Shown in pieces: positions 22,709 to 35,559 of a DNA stretch of 64,000 bases; the first letter of the stretch is position 1; each line of letters opens with the position of its first letter. The DNA is taken from NCBI GenBank assembly GCA_030390025.1, contig CM059425.1, positions 178,004,001 to 178,068,000 of the forward strand, in the 5' to 3' direction. The notes beneath the pieces were generated by a model. That model was given only the letters and a program-made list of their open reading frames with translations. It did no database searches and was not told the DNA's origin. The stretch is from Squalus acanthias (lineage: Eukaryota). The position numbers and the translations under genes are program-made.

Positions 22709-24935
22709 CATAAGAACATAAGAAATAGGAGCTGGAGTAGGCCATTTGGCCCTTCGAGACTGATCTGGCATTCAACAAGATCATTGCTGATCTTCTACCT
22801 CAACTCCACCTTCCCCAACTATCCCTGTATCCCTTAATTCCCTTAGTTCCCAAAAATTTATCGAACTCTGTCTTGGATATACTCAACGACTAAGCATCCA
22901 CAGCACTCTGGGGTAGAGAATTCCAAAGATTCACAACCCTTTGAGTGAAGAAATTTCTCCTCATCTCAGTCCTAAATGGCCTAGCCCTTATTCTGAGACT
23001 GTGACCCCGTATTCTAGATTCCCCAGCCAGGGGAAACATTTTCCCAGCATTAACCCGGTCAAGCCCCTTAAGAATTTTATATGTTTCAAATAGATCACCT
23101 CTCATTCTTCTAAACTCTAGGGAATATAGCCCTAGTCTACTCAATCTCTCCTCATAGGGCAATCCCCTCATCCCAGGAACTAGTCTAGTGAATCTTTGTT
23201 GCACTCCCTCTAAGGCAAGTATGGGCTGGATTTTGTCTTGGGGTCGGGTTGGGGTCGTGTCATCCGCATTTCGTGTTCCCCCCCAACTCCAGATTAATGT
23301 GGATGAATGATGCAATTTTCACTTAATTGGGCAATTGAGTTCCAGCATGTGGGAACCCATGAACTAATTAGTGGTTTCAGTCTGAAAGTCGCCTCTGATG
23401 ATGTCATCATTGCTGCTGCATTGCAGGTCAGAGACTGCCTGCCTGGTTTCAGAGACTGCCTGGCTGTTGGTGAGAGAGGACCTGCTTGGCTTTTGCTGTG
23501 GAGAGAGCGGGAGAGAGAGAGAGAACGGGAGAGAGAGAGAGAGAGAGAGAATGAGAGAATAAGAATGAATTCTTTTTGCATCCAAGTCCTCTCACACCAA
23601 AGGCCATGCAGTCTCTGAAGACATTCAATGCAGCAGCACCAGAGGCGACTTTCAGACCTAAAACTACTACTACCTTCATCACACCTCCGTTGTAATAGTG
23701 GACCTGCAGCTGATAGTCAGCTATCCACTTGTGCTCCCGCCAGGTTTCACTGGCGTGTTTCACATCAGGCGTACTTCACGTCGGAAAAGGGTTAAACTAG
23801 CTAAAACGTTTCAAAATGGCATTACAGAGCCAATTTAGGGCTTGTTAAGGGCTTTAATGGCCTCTCCCGCCTCTTGGAGGCGGGACGGAGTTGGGAACCC
23901 CGCGACTGATTTTGTCAAAATTGCGTGGAGGCGGGATGGAGTCGGGATGGGGTCAGGACCCCCGACCCCGCAAATTTAACCCCCAACACGCCTCCAAACC
24001 CGACTCCACGGGTCATTCAAAATCCAGCCCTATGTCTTTCCTTAGGTAAGGATACCAGAACTGTACACAGTACTTCGGGTGTGGCCTCACCAATGCCCTG
24101 TATAATTGTAGTAAGACTTCTTTACTCTTATACGCTAATCCCTTTGTAACAAAAGCTAATATACCATTTGCCTTCTTAATTGCTTGCATGTTAATTTTCT
24201 GTGATTCATGTACAAGGACACTCAGGTCCCTCTGAATGCAAACATTTCCCAGTCTCTCACCATTCAAAAAATATTCTGCTTTTTTGTTTTTCCTACCAAA
24301 GTGGATAACTTCACATTTCCCCACATTGTATTCCATTTGCCATGTTCTTGCCCATTCATTCAACCTGTCTATATTTCTCTTCAGCCTCTTTGCGTCCTCC
24401 TCACAGATTACTTTCCCACCTAACTTTGTATCATCAGCAAACTTGGATACATTACACTCAGTCCCTTCATCTAAGTCATTAATATAGATTGTAAATAGCT
24501 GAGGCCCAAGCACTGATCCTTGCGGTACCCCACTAATTACAGCCTTCCAAGCCGAAAAAGTCCTGTTTATTCCTACTCTCTGTTTTCTGTCCATTAACCA
24601 ATCCTCAATCCATGCTAATATATTATCCCTAATCCCATGAGCCCTAATTTTGAGTAATAACCTCTTGTGTGGCACCTTATCGAATGCTTTTTGAAAATCC
24701 AAATACACTACATCCACTGGTTCCCCCTTATGCATCCTACTAGTTACATCTTCAAAAAACTTTAACTGATTTGTCAAACGCGATTTCCCTTTCATAAAAC
24801 CATGTTGTCTCTGCCTAATAATATTACGATTTTCTAAGTGCCCTGTTACCACGTCCCTATTAATAGATTCTAGCATTTTGCCTACTACTGATGTCAGGCT
24901 AACTGGCCTATATAGTTTCCCGTTTTTTCTCTTCC
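22709..24935 (-). mobile_element. CR1 RT and 3' end, interrupted by a Harbinger MITE
   Basis: ORF 24013-24972 YRPVSLTSVVGK..FADDTKL, continuing LALEGVQQRFTRL in ORF 22890-23315. Tail cataagaacataagaa. Confidence 0.9.
23223..24030. mobile_element. Harbinger-type MITE containing a (GA)n tract at about 23500-23560
   Basis: Perfect 13-bp TIR gggctggattttg/caaaatccagccc, 3-bp TSD TAT, clean interruption of the CR1 ORF. Confidence 0.88.
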
Positions 24936-24949
24936 TCCTCTTTTCATCA

Positions 24950-25465
24950 CATGTAGACCCTTTAAAGTACATGCAGTGCCAATCTCTGAGCGGTGCTTTC
25001 TAGAGTCAAATGACATTGCACCTTCAGAAAGGCTGCACTGGCACTGGCACTGGCACAGGGGCCTGGACATTTTCAACACTTGAAATGAAAGAGAGAGACA
25101 AGGGTTAGCTTTTAGTGTGAAGGGAGATCAGAGAGAGAAGAAGCTGCAGTTTGTAATGCAGAGTATGTAGGGTGAGACAGAAGTGAGAAGGGAAAGAGGA
25201 TAAGGTGTAAAGTGACTCTGCACGACGTCTCCTCCAGGATTGCTGCTCGCCATGGACATGACTCTCCCCCTGCCTGTGAGGTTCAGCATGTCCTCCTCAA
25301 GTGGTGAGAAGGCTTCTCCAGTCACCCTCTGCTGACTTATGTTGTGTGCAACCTTATCTTGCAACAAAGAGGGGAATGTGCTGTGACATCCTCATGAGCT
25401 GTTTTGAGAATGTGCCTGTCATGGTCGAATAGTGCAGTTGTTGTCTGCAAGATGTGAGGTGTGGG
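24950..25465 (-). mobile_element. Harbinger Myb-gene remnant (exon 2 region)
   Basis: LQDKVAHNISQQR..SPLEEDMLNLTG resembles 9343-9582. Confidence 0.55.
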
Positions 25466-25485
25466 GAAATGAGGGTTGCTGTTTG

Positions 25486-25590
25486 TGAGACCTTGCTGTG
25501 TACTTCATTGGCTGTGAATGCTTTAGGACATTCTGAGGATGTGAAAGGCTCTATTTAAATACAAGTTCATTCTTTCTTTCCTTCGTTCTT
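25486..25590 (+). mobile_element. 3' part of a SINE with an L2-type tail
   Basis: tacttcattggctgtgaatgctttaggacattctgaggatgtgaaaggctctatttaaatacaagt followed by (ttct)n. The tail resembles the L2 3' ends in this window. Confidence 0.55.
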
Positions 25591-25924
25591 TCAGAAGTGG
25601 GTTCAAAGAAATATTTACTTGTGAAAATTGTGAAACTTTTAAACACGTTGGACAGCCTATTAGAATCTCACTTTTCATTTATGGTGCACTTGATCACTAT
25701 TAGTATTAATAATAATTTCAGTGTAAATGAGAGTATCAGAATTATATCCAGGGTGTGATTCATGAAGCTAGCAAAGCTATTAGTTGTATGTAATACTTTT
25801 CCCTTAATAACCAAAGTTTCAATTGCAGACAATGTAAACAAATACTTAGCAAACTGTACATTAATTGGAGTCCTCGCATTACACAAGGCAATAATGTGAG
25901 GAAAATAGATTGGGTACAAAACAC

Positions 25925-26400
25925 TCAACAACAATAACAACAATTTGTATTTATATAGCGCCTTTAATGTAGTAAAACATCCCAAGATGCTTCACAGGAG
26001 CGTTATCAAACAAAATTTGACACCGAGTCACATGAGGAGCTATTAGGGCAGGCGACCAAAAGCTTGGTCAAAGATGTAGGTTTTAAGGAACGTCTTAAAG
26101 GAGGTAGAGAGGCGGAGGGGCTTAGGGAGGTAATTCCAGAGCTTAGGTCCTCGGCAGCTGAAGGCACGGCCACCAATGGTAGAGCGAATAAAATCAGGGA
26201 TGTGCAAGAGGCCAGAATTGGAGGAGTGCAGATATCTCTGAGGGTTGCAGGGCTGGAGGAGGTTACAGAGATATGGAGAGGCGAGGCCATGGATGGGTTT
26301 AAAAATAAGGGTGAGAATTTTAAAATCAAGGCTTTGCTCAAACGGGAGCCAATGTAGGTCAGCGAGCACAGGGGTGATGGGTGAACAGTGTGGGTCAGCG
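25925..26400 (-). mobile_element. L2 LINE 3' fragment
   Basis: LADLHWLPFEQSLDFKILTLIFKPIHGLASPYL..PKLWN, with a (caa)n tail at about 25927. Confidence 0.88.
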
Positions 26401-28402
26401 AGCACAGGGGTGATGGGTGAACAGTGTGAGTCAGTGAGCACAGGGGTGATGGGTGAACAGTGTGGGTCAGCGAGCACAGGGGTGATGGGTGAACAGTGTG
26501 AGTCAGTGAGCACAGGGGTGGTGGGTGAACAGTGTGGGTCAGTGAGCACAGGGGTGATGGGTGAACAGTGTGAGTCAGTGAGCACAGGGGTGATGGGTGA
26601 ACAGTGTGGGTCAGCGAGCACAGGGGTGATGGGTGAACAGTGTGAGTCAGTGAGCACAGGGGTGATGGGTGAACAGTGTGGGTCAGCGAGCACAGGGGTG
26701 ATGGGTGAACAGTGTGAGTCAGTGAGCACAGGGGTGATGGGTGAACAGTGTGGGTCAGCGAGCACAGGGGTGATGGGTGAACAGTGTGAGTCAGTGAGCA
26801 CAGGGGTGATGGGTGAACAGTGTGGGTCAGTGAGCACAGGGGTGATGGGTGAACAGTGTGGGTCAGTGAGCACAGGGGTGGTGGGTGAACAGTGTGGGTC
26901 AGTGAGCACAGGGGTGGTGGGTGAACAGTGTGGGTCAGTGAGCACAGGGGTGGTGGGTGAACAGTGTGGGTCAGTGAGCACAGGGGTGATGGGTGAACAG
27001 TGTGGGTCAGCGAGCACAGGGGTGATGGGTGAACAGTGTGGGTCAGTGAGCACAGGGGTGATGGGTGAACAGTGTGGGTCAGTGAGCACAGGGGTGATGG
27101 GTGAACAGTGTGAGTCAGTGAGCACAGGGGTGATGGGTGAACAGTGTGGGTCAGTGAGCACAGGGGTGATGGGTGAACAGTGTGGGTCAGCGAGCACAGG
27201 GGTGATGGGTGAACAGTGTGGGTCAGTGAGCACAGGGGTGATGGGTGAACAGTGTGGGTCAGTGAGCACAGGGGTGATGGGTGAACAGTGTGGGTCAGTG
27301 AGCACAGGGGTGATGGGTGAACAGTGTGGGTCAGTGAGCACAGGGGTGATGGGTGAACAGTGTGGGTCAGTGAGCACAGGGGTGATGGGTGAACAGTGTG
27401 GGTCAGCGAGCACAGGGGTGATGGGTGAACAGTGTGGGTCAGTGAGCACAGGGGTGATGGGTGAACAGTGTGGGTCAGTGAGCACAGGGGTGATGGGTGA
27501 ACAGTGTGGGTCAGTGAGCACAGGGGTGATGGGTGAACAGTGTGGGTCAGTGAGCACAGGGGTGATGGGTGAACAGTGTGGGTCAGTGAGCACAGGGGTG
27601 ATGGGTGAACAGTGTGGGTCAGTGAGCACAGGGGTGATGGGTGAACAGTGTGGGTCAGCGAGCACAGGGGTGATGGGTGAACAGTGTGGGTCAGTGAGCA
27701 CAGGGGTGATGGGTGAACAGTGTGGGTCAGTGAGCACAGGGGTGATGGGTGAACAGTGTGGGTCAGTGAGCACAGGGGTGATGGGTGAACAGTGTGGGTC
27801 AGTGAGCACAGGGGTGATGGGTGAACAGTGTGAGTCAGTGAGCACAGGGGTGATGGGTGAACAGTGTGGGTCAGTGAGCACAGGGGTGATGGGTGAACAG
27901 TGTGGGTCAGTGAGCACAGGGGTGATGGGTGAACAGTGTGGGTCAGTGAGCACAGGGGTGATGGGTGAACAGTGTGGGTCAGTGAGCACAGGGGTGATGG
28001 GTGAACAGTGTGGGTCAGTGAGCACAGGGGTGATGGGTGAACAGTGTGAGTCAGTGAGCACAGGGGTGATGGGTGAACAGTGTGGGTCAGTGAGCACAGG
28101 GGTGATGGGTGAACAGTGTGAGTCAGTGAGCACAGGGGTGATGGGTGAACAGTGTGGGTCAGTGAGCACAGGGGTGATGGGTGAACAGTGTGGGTCAGTG
28201 AGCACAGGGGTGATGGGTGAACAGTGTGAGTCAGTGAGCACAGGGGTGATGGGTGAACAGTGTGGGTCAGTGAGCACAGGGGTGATGGGTGAACAGTGTG
28301 GGTCAGTGAGCACAGGGGTGATGGGTGAACAGTGTGGGTCAGTGAGCACAGGGGTGATGGGTGAACAGTGTGGGTCAGTGAGCACAGGGGTGATGGGTGA
28401 AC
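26357..28402. repeat. 36-bp minisatellite, about 57 copies (agcacaggggtgatgggtgaacagtgtgggtcagtg)
   Basis: Direct tandem array. Variation is essentially limited to three positions. The unit matches the L2 segment at its junction. Confidence 0.97.
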
Positions 28403-29324
28403 TAATCTTTTCCAGCACTAATAATGTCAACATTTTCTCTAAGCGAGTTTTGTGGTCTGATATATTGGAATGTATCATTTCAAGCCAACCTGCTGGAAGT
28501 CCAGCTTACTGAGTAATGCTGTTTGCAGCTATCACTTTAACCACATGATGCAGTCTGGCTGTGATTCTCTCCAGATGGTGAAGCCAATGTCTGTCAGTCA
28601 ACATCTTGTACTGTTGTAGGAGCTGCCAAATAGGGATGTGTTTGTGTTGTGATCTTCAAGGATGAATTAGTTTTTGAGGCACTTTATCTGCAACTTTCAT
28701 AAAAAAGAGAATGTTATATGATTTCTAATATTCGCAGACATTGGCAGTTCTAAAGGTTATGCTCAGGGTTATTTAATTTACTCTGAATCTTCTAGCTAAT
28801 ATTTAAAAAATCATGTGCCTATAACAGAGCAAAGCTTGTAATAGGCTGTGTAAGATGTCAAAGAAATCTACTACTGGAGGACATTCATGAAATGTTGATT
28901 TATAAATTAATTTGGATTCATCAAAAAGTGTGTAGACTGTGTAGTTGTGTCATGGCAAGGGTGTCCTGTAGTAATTGTGTGTGTGAAGGAGCAAGGTTCA
29001 ATAGGTAATAGGAATAAGAATACAGTTTTAAAGAGTGATCATATAAAAAAAGTAACCACATGGACAAATGACTTCAAAAGAGGAAGCCAGCATGCATCAT
29101 AGAGCTGCTGCTGTAAGAAGAGGCCTGCTTTTTATTAGAGGGGTCAAATAATTAAAAAGAGCTATGATTTATTCCAACCTACTTTTGTTTCATCTGCTTA
29201 TTTTGGATAGGATTTGGAATCTGTTTGTTTAAATGGTTAGTGCTGATGACAAAATTGTAGGAACTACCTGAGATGAGTCACTGAGCCAAGCAGCGAGCAA
29301 GATCTGTACTAACACAGAGACAGT

Positions 29325-29411
29325 GGCCTTGAAGTTCTGCAGGGGTTCTCCCGATTTTTTTGCTAAGGTTACGACAGGAGATTGAGGAAACCCCTGTGGA
29401 ATTTCCAGGCC
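29325..29411. mobile_element. 87-bp hairpin Harbinger-type MITE
   Basis: ggccttgaagtt...aatttccaggcc, flanked by AGT on both sides. Related to the hairpin at about 44359-44516. Confidence 0.6.
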
Positions 29412-29933
29412 AGTAAGATTACTGAAGCATGCTGAATCAACAATCTTTTCTACTGCAGTTAACTCAACTCCATCACGCTGTCAAGGTCAATTACTCCTCC
29501 AAACCAGATACCTAATGATACCAATGGTTTAACAAAAATATTTGAAACACATTAACAGAAATGAGTGGATTTTCCACAGCCTTGCTCACATGGCAACTTG
29601 GGTGTGGGAGTGAGAATTTTAAGCAGCTGTACAAACTCACTCAGTGTAGGGACCAGCACAATAGGAGAGAAATGAAGGTTCTAAGGATGGACAAGAGCCA
29701 CTGAAGATGATTGGAGACAGGTTCAGACTTAGGGGCTGAAAGAGAAGATGGGGGACAAATAGACTCAAAATGAGGAGAAAGCAGGTGGGAGGCATGCAAG
29801 TCTGGGCACTGAGGTGGCAGGACAGGTGGTGGATATGGGATCGGACATCTAGAATTGTGGAGAATATGCACAGTAGATAAGGGGAGGTGTTTTATAGTAA
29901 TCATTTGTGTTTTATATGTTTCTGGGGCTTTAG

Positions 29934-30395
29934 CAACTTGTATTTATATAGCACCTTTAACATAGTAAAATGTCCCAAGGCGCTTCACAGGAGTATTGTA
30001 AGACAAAATTTGACACTGAGCCACATAAGGAGATATTAGGACAGGTGACCAAAGGCTTGGACAAAGAGGTAGGTTTTAAGGAGTGTCTTAAAGGAGAAGA
30101 GATAGGTAGAGAGGTGGAGAGGTTTAGGGAGGGAATTCCAGAACTTAGGGCCTCGGCAGCTGAAGGCACGGCCACCAAAGGTAGAGCAAAGAAAATTGGG
30201 GATGCGCAGGAGGCCAGTGTTAGAGGAGTGTAGAGATCTCGGGGGGTTATAGGGCTGGAAGAAGTTGCAGAGATAGGGAGGGACGAGGCCATGGAGGGAT
30301 TTGAAAACAAGGAGGAGAATTTTAAAATATAGGCATTATCACACCAAAAGCAAATTATGGTCAGCAAAAACAGGGGTAATGGTTGAACAGGACTT
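29934..30395 (-). mobile_element. L2 LINE 3' fragment
   Basis: Homologous to 25925-26400. Confidence 0.85.
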
Positions 30396-30829
30396 GATGC
30401 TTCCTTTAGAAATTAAAAGTGATGTTGACAGTTAATTGGTTTTGGTTTTGGAATTTAATGAGTTTTTGCTGACAAAGTACTATGGACTAATCAACAGAAC
30501 TGGAGGGACTCTACTATCAGACATATTTGCTCTCTATAAATCAAAATTCTTACTACCGCAAAACTTTTGAAGGATAGAAAATAAGCAATATATGTCAAAG
30601 ATAATCACAGTTCATTGGATTTTTTTCTTGTACAATTTTTACTTTTTTTTGCTGTTCATCAAGGTGAGGGATGTAAATGCAAGGATGGGACTTTACACTT
30701 TTTTCACTCATTTTTGGGATCAAGCACAAAAATCTGAATTTTTCCAATTCCCACAGTAGTCATTTTGGTAGTTTTCTGTGCGATGGTCAAACTGTAACAA
30801 ACGTGTGGTATTTCTGTGCTGTGGACTCA

Positions 30830-31225
30830 TGTTTAAGGTGATGGATGGCATGCCAATTGGCATGCCAATCAAGCGGGCTGCTTTGTTTTGGATGGTGTCG
30901 AGCTTCTTGAATGTTGTTGGAGCCGCACTCCAAGCAAAAGGAGAATAATCCATCACACTCCTGACTTATGCCTTGTAGATGGTGGAAAGGCTTTGGGGAG
31001 TCAGGAGGTGAGACTCGCTGCAGAATACCCAGCCTCTGACCTGCTGTTGTTGCCAATGCTTCAGCCTTGTCTTTTGCACTAGCGTGCTGGGTTCCGCCAT
31101 CATTGAGGATGGGGATGTTCATGGAGCCTCCTCCTCCCGTTAGTTGTTTAATTATTCACCACCATTCATGACTGGATGTGGCAGGACTGCAGAGCTTTGA
31201 TCTGATTCGTTGGTTGTGGGATCGC
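30830..31225 (-). mobile_element. Internally deleted copy of the second CR1-group LINE
   Basis: MNIPILNDGG..KDKAEALA is joined directly to AGQRLGIL. The RT core is missing. Confidence 0.75.
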
Positions 31226-32422
31226 TTACGACCCTTGCAATTAGTAAGGAGGGAAGCCCTTATGACCGATTTCCTGAATGGGCTTTCCAACGAGGAGTGA
31301 CACTCGTCGGAGAACATTGGCCATGAAATCATAGGTCCACAACTCCTAATTTTTCCAACCATCTAAATTAATGGACAAAAAAATCAGGCACTGCAGGCCA
31401 TCAATTTTCCGAGCACAGGTCTGTGTGGGAACTGTTCTGTTAGAGTGTAAATTCAGTCCATTAGCGGAGAATCATGTTACGTTACATTCTGGTTCTCTAT
31501 TGCAATCTGCGGGTCTCACAATTGATTACCTAGGTCTGGGGCACAGAAGTTATATTTTGGATCATAGGGAATGCAAGGTCTGCTTATAGAAGTGGCCATT
31601 ACACAGAGCCTGGGAAAATAGATGGCATAAAAACTTAAAAACACGACAGTCTTGCTGTTGTAAAACATTTGGTAGTTTAACACTGTGGTCACCTGTAGCT
31701 GTCCGAGTGCCCACCCCTTGATCCCGCATACTTTAACAGGGTCAGCACTGGAGTATCTGAGGTCAGGGGTAGGTCACTAAATACTACACCAGCAACGAAT
31801 GCCAGCAACGCTATGGAGGGTTCGGGAAAAATGTGCTAGCAAGCCACACAAAGGGCCATGATTGGGGCAGATGGACATTTTACGCCAAATAACGCCTCCC
31901 CGCCCCCACTCCCGCTGGAAACTTGCTTATGAGGCCTGGACCTGGCATATTCCAAAATCTTCTGCTGGCATCCTGGTGGACTTACATGAGTCATTGCACA
32001 GAAAAGACTTGTGGATTTCCGTGACTGAGATATTGTATTGGGTTATCTTTGTTTGGGTATCAGGGTGTTTCAATGCCTGGGCAGCCTCCACCTAATGGCC
32101 TCCTGGCAGTGGAGTTTCCAGTAGCAGCAGGCTGGCAGGTGCCCAAGATGTGTCCATAGTGGCATGGGCACATGATAGCCCCAAGAGAATGTGGTGCTCT
32201 CGTGTTATACAACATACTGTGACAGGGTCAATGCTGGAGACACTGGCGCGCTCTATCCCGGCATAACCTCCAAGATCGCAGCCACTGATTTTCAGGGCCT
32301 GTAAATGGTTTGCTGGAAGGAACATGTTCCATAGCCTGAATGGTTCTCTACCTCCACACTTTTGCTCGTTTAGCCTTAAATGAAAAGAGCAATAACAATT
32401 TTTATGTTTTTCCTCCAATCAG

Positions 32423-32565
32423 AACTATCATTGCATCGCAGATGGAACCAACATATGCCCGATCAGCTTTCCCCTGCTTCGATGAACCCGCTATGAAGGC
32501 AACCTTCGACATCAGGCTTGTGCACCACCCCCAGTTTGTGGCACTTTCTAACATGCCAGCAATTG
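32423..32565 (+). CDS. LVRN: Internal coding exon of an M1 zinc aminopeptidase, most like laeverin/aminopeptidase Q (ANPEP/ENPEP family)
   Basis: Polypyrimidine-cag acceptor and gtgagt donor. 143-bp open exon TIIASQMEPTYARSAFPCFDEPAMKATFDIRLVHHPQFVALSNMPAI carrying the FPCFDEP and ALSNMP family motifs. The family is secure. The LVRN orthology is tentative and based on recalled sequence. Confidence 0.85.
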
Positions 32566-34293
32566 GTGAGTAAGAAGATAAAAGTGGCTATTCTAAAACC
32601 AATCTGGTTTCTGTAAATAAACCATGTCATTGGCAACTATTCAGAGCAACATCATTCTACACATATCATTCTACACATGTGTTAGTCAGTTTGTAATGCA
32701 CTGCAAGATTATTTTAGCAATTACCAGTGTGAAGAGAATTTCTGGCCAGCTGCAATTTGTGTGCTATAATACTACCACACATTTCATGCTGTATCGTCAT
32801 CAAGCTTAATTCATTCCAGAATGAATGACAAAACATTAAAATAAATATCTAGTACAATTTCCCAGTTTTTATGCCAGGAATGCGCTTTTAGTCTTCATTT
32901 TGGATGGATGCAAGGGAGGCACTCCTTTATCTCTCTCCTCCTATCCCTTCCTGTTCCCCTCAGAATCCCATCCTCACTACCAGCATGAACGCAAAGTTGC
33001 TTTCTGTGTTTAGCGCAGTTGGCCTATAGCTATATATACGCTTTTAAAAATAAATTGCTGGAATGCAGTTTAGTGCTGGGAAATAAGTGAAGAAAAGGGA
33101 ATGTGATGGGGACGGACCTGGGACAAGGCGAGGACGGGTGGCTATTCATTGCCAGCGGGGTGGGGAGATTGAGGGGGAGGCGGTGGTGGTGAGCATCGCC
33201 ATTAGATGGACAGACAGAATGAGGCCTGAGTGTGAAGGTAGGTAGAATGTCTGGTGGGCTAGCATTGGAAGCGGGTGAGCAAGCAGCGTAAGGCTGAGAT
33301 GGGCAAGAATGCCATCAGATGCCTAAGAGAAAGCAGCGGCCAGGAAAGAGGTGATAAGGTGAAGGAGATGTTCAAGTCAAATAATCTAAATAAATAAATA
33401 ATCTTAATTATCAGTAACTTAAAATAAAATAAAGTTTTAACATAAATAAATAACGTTTATGTCGTCCCTTATCTTTTCAACGGGACATCAAAAAGCACTT
33501 CAACTAACATTAGCGTGAAGAAAGATACTTTCCCCCCACATTTATACATGTTTTGCAGCGAGTTCCAGAAGTAATTCAAGCGTACTGACATTTTTTGGGG
33601 TACATCCTGAGACGGGACCGTTTCCATTGGGTTTCCAACTTGCAATGGGTGTGCTGGCATTTCCATCTCTGGGGCCCTCCGTGTGTGCACTTCCTGAAGC
33701 TGCTGGGAGCTAATTAGTATATATTGCAACATATACAGCATGGAGTTTCCAAAACTTGTGACGTGCCCCTAATGCACCAAGTGTAATTAACAAGTTAAAA
33801 GAGGTATACCTGTTGCCAGCATCAGCGGAGACTGGCGGAAGTGGTTTATTTTGGAGCTTACAGTCTGAAAAAAACTTTGAGGAGTGATTGCTGGACTTAG
33901 AAGAGAGATTTTGTTGGGTTTTTTTGCTTTTCAGGTGATAACTGATTTTGCCCCTGACAGCCTGAGGACCTGTGAAACTGCTGCGAGATTTTTTTCATCC
34001 CCACAAAGTAGGTTCGGAGTTACAGTTATGGGATTCCCAATGGGCACTTTAACTGAAAATAGAATAGGAGCGCTACAACATGGAGGAAAGGAGAGTGAGG
34101 AGGGTGTGTCCAACAACCTCATTGAATTTTTTGAAGAGTTAACAGAGACAATGGTAATGCAGTAGATGTAATTTATGCAGATTTTCAAAAAGCCTTCGAT
34201 AAGGTACCCATAATAGTCTGATGAACAAGGTCAGAGAATGCGGAGTCAGGGGACAAGTAGCAGAATGGATAGCTAGCTGGCTTCAAGACAGAA

Positions 34294-34442
34294 TGTAGTC
34301 CAACAGTTTTATTTGAAATCACAAGCTTTCGGAGCTATCGAGGAGCTTCACCTGAGGAAGGAGCAATCGATAGCTCCGAAAGCTTGTGATTTCAAATAAA
34401 ACTGTTGGACTATAACCTGGTGTTGTGCGACCTCTCAATTTT
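34294..34442 (+). mobile_element. 149-bp Penelope-derived hairpin mini-element with a hammerhead motif
   Basis: 12-bp TSD ttcaagacagaa. 46-bp perfect inverted arms (34296-34341, 34367-34412). 3' end ctgttggactataacctggtgttgtgcgac shared with the PLE at about 54614-54643. Confidence 0.85.
34348..34389 (+). ncRNA. Minimal hammerhead ribozyme motif
   Basis: tcac-CTGAGGA-a-ggagc/aatcgata/gctcc-GAAA-gc-TT-gtga. Confidence 0.78.
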
Positions 34443-35559
34443 TTCAAGACAGAAAGCAGAGAGTAGGGGTGAAAGGTAGCTATTCACAGTGGCAGAATGT
34501 GGGTAGTGGTGTTCCACAAGGATCAGTGCTGGGACCACTGTTGTTCATAATTTATATTAACGATTTAGACTTTGGAATCAAAAACACAATTTCTAATTTT
34601 GCGGATGATACCAAATTGGGGGGGATAGTCAATACTGAGGAGGACTGCAACAAATTACAGGAGGACATTAATAAACCTGCAGAATGGGCATATAATTGCC
34701 AAATGAAGTTCAGCACAGATAAATGTGAGGTATTACATTTTGGTAGGAGGAATAGAGAGGTCACTTATTACTTGGAGGGTGCGAGTCTAGGTGGGGTAGA
34801 GGAACAAAGGGATCTTGGAGTAGAAATACACAAATCACTAAAAGTTGTGACACAGGTTAGCAAGGCCATAGAAAAAGCAAACCAAGCACTAGGGTTTATT
34901 TCTAGAGGGATAAAATTGAAAAGTAGGGAAGTTACGCTAAACCTGTATCGAACCTTGGCTAGGCCACACTTGGAGTACTGCGTACAGTTCTTGTCGCCAT
35001 ATTATAAAAAGGATATAGAGGCACTGGAGAGGGTGCAGAGAAGATTTCAAGGATGATACCAGAAATGCGAGGGTATACCTATCAGGAAAGGATGAACAGG
35101 CTGGGTCTCTTTTCTCTTGAAAAAGGAAGGCTGAGGGGTGACCTAACAGATGTCTTTAAAATTATGAAAGGTTTTGATAGAGTGGATACGGAGAGAATGT
35201 TTCCACTTGTGGGGAAGAGCATAACTAGAGGCCATCAATATAAGATAGTCACCAACAAATCCAATAGGGAATTCAGAAGAAACTTCTTTACCAAGAGAGT
35301 GGTGAGAATGTGGAACTCACTACCACAGGGAGTGGTTGAAGCGAAAAGTATAGATGCATTTAAGGGGAGGCTAGACAAGCATATGAGGGAAAAGGGAATA
35401 GAGGGTTATGCTGATAGATTTAGATGAGGAAAGACGGGAGGAGGCTCGGGTGGAGCACAAACGCGGCATGGACTGTTTGGGCCAAATGGCCTGTTTCTGT
35501 GCCGTATATCCTATGTAATCCTATGTAACAAGATATTACGCTTTCCCCCAAAGAACTTA

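Larger units (their letters stand above)
34110..35528 (+). mobile_element. 5'-truncated CR1 (RT and 3' UTR)
   Basis: ORFs 34469-35056 (GVPQGSVLGP..FADDTKL) and 35053-35427. Tail atcctatgtaatcctatgtaa. Confidence 0.9.

Noticed and set aside
26357..28402. CRISPR array (36-bp repeats)
   Set aside because: The units are head-to-tail with no unique spacers, there are no cas genes, and the context is eukaryotic.
26043..28512. 811-aa and 755-aa ORFs as real repeat proteins
   Set aside because: They are by-products of a stop-free 36-bp unit. Both strands are open and the unique part is L2 sequence.
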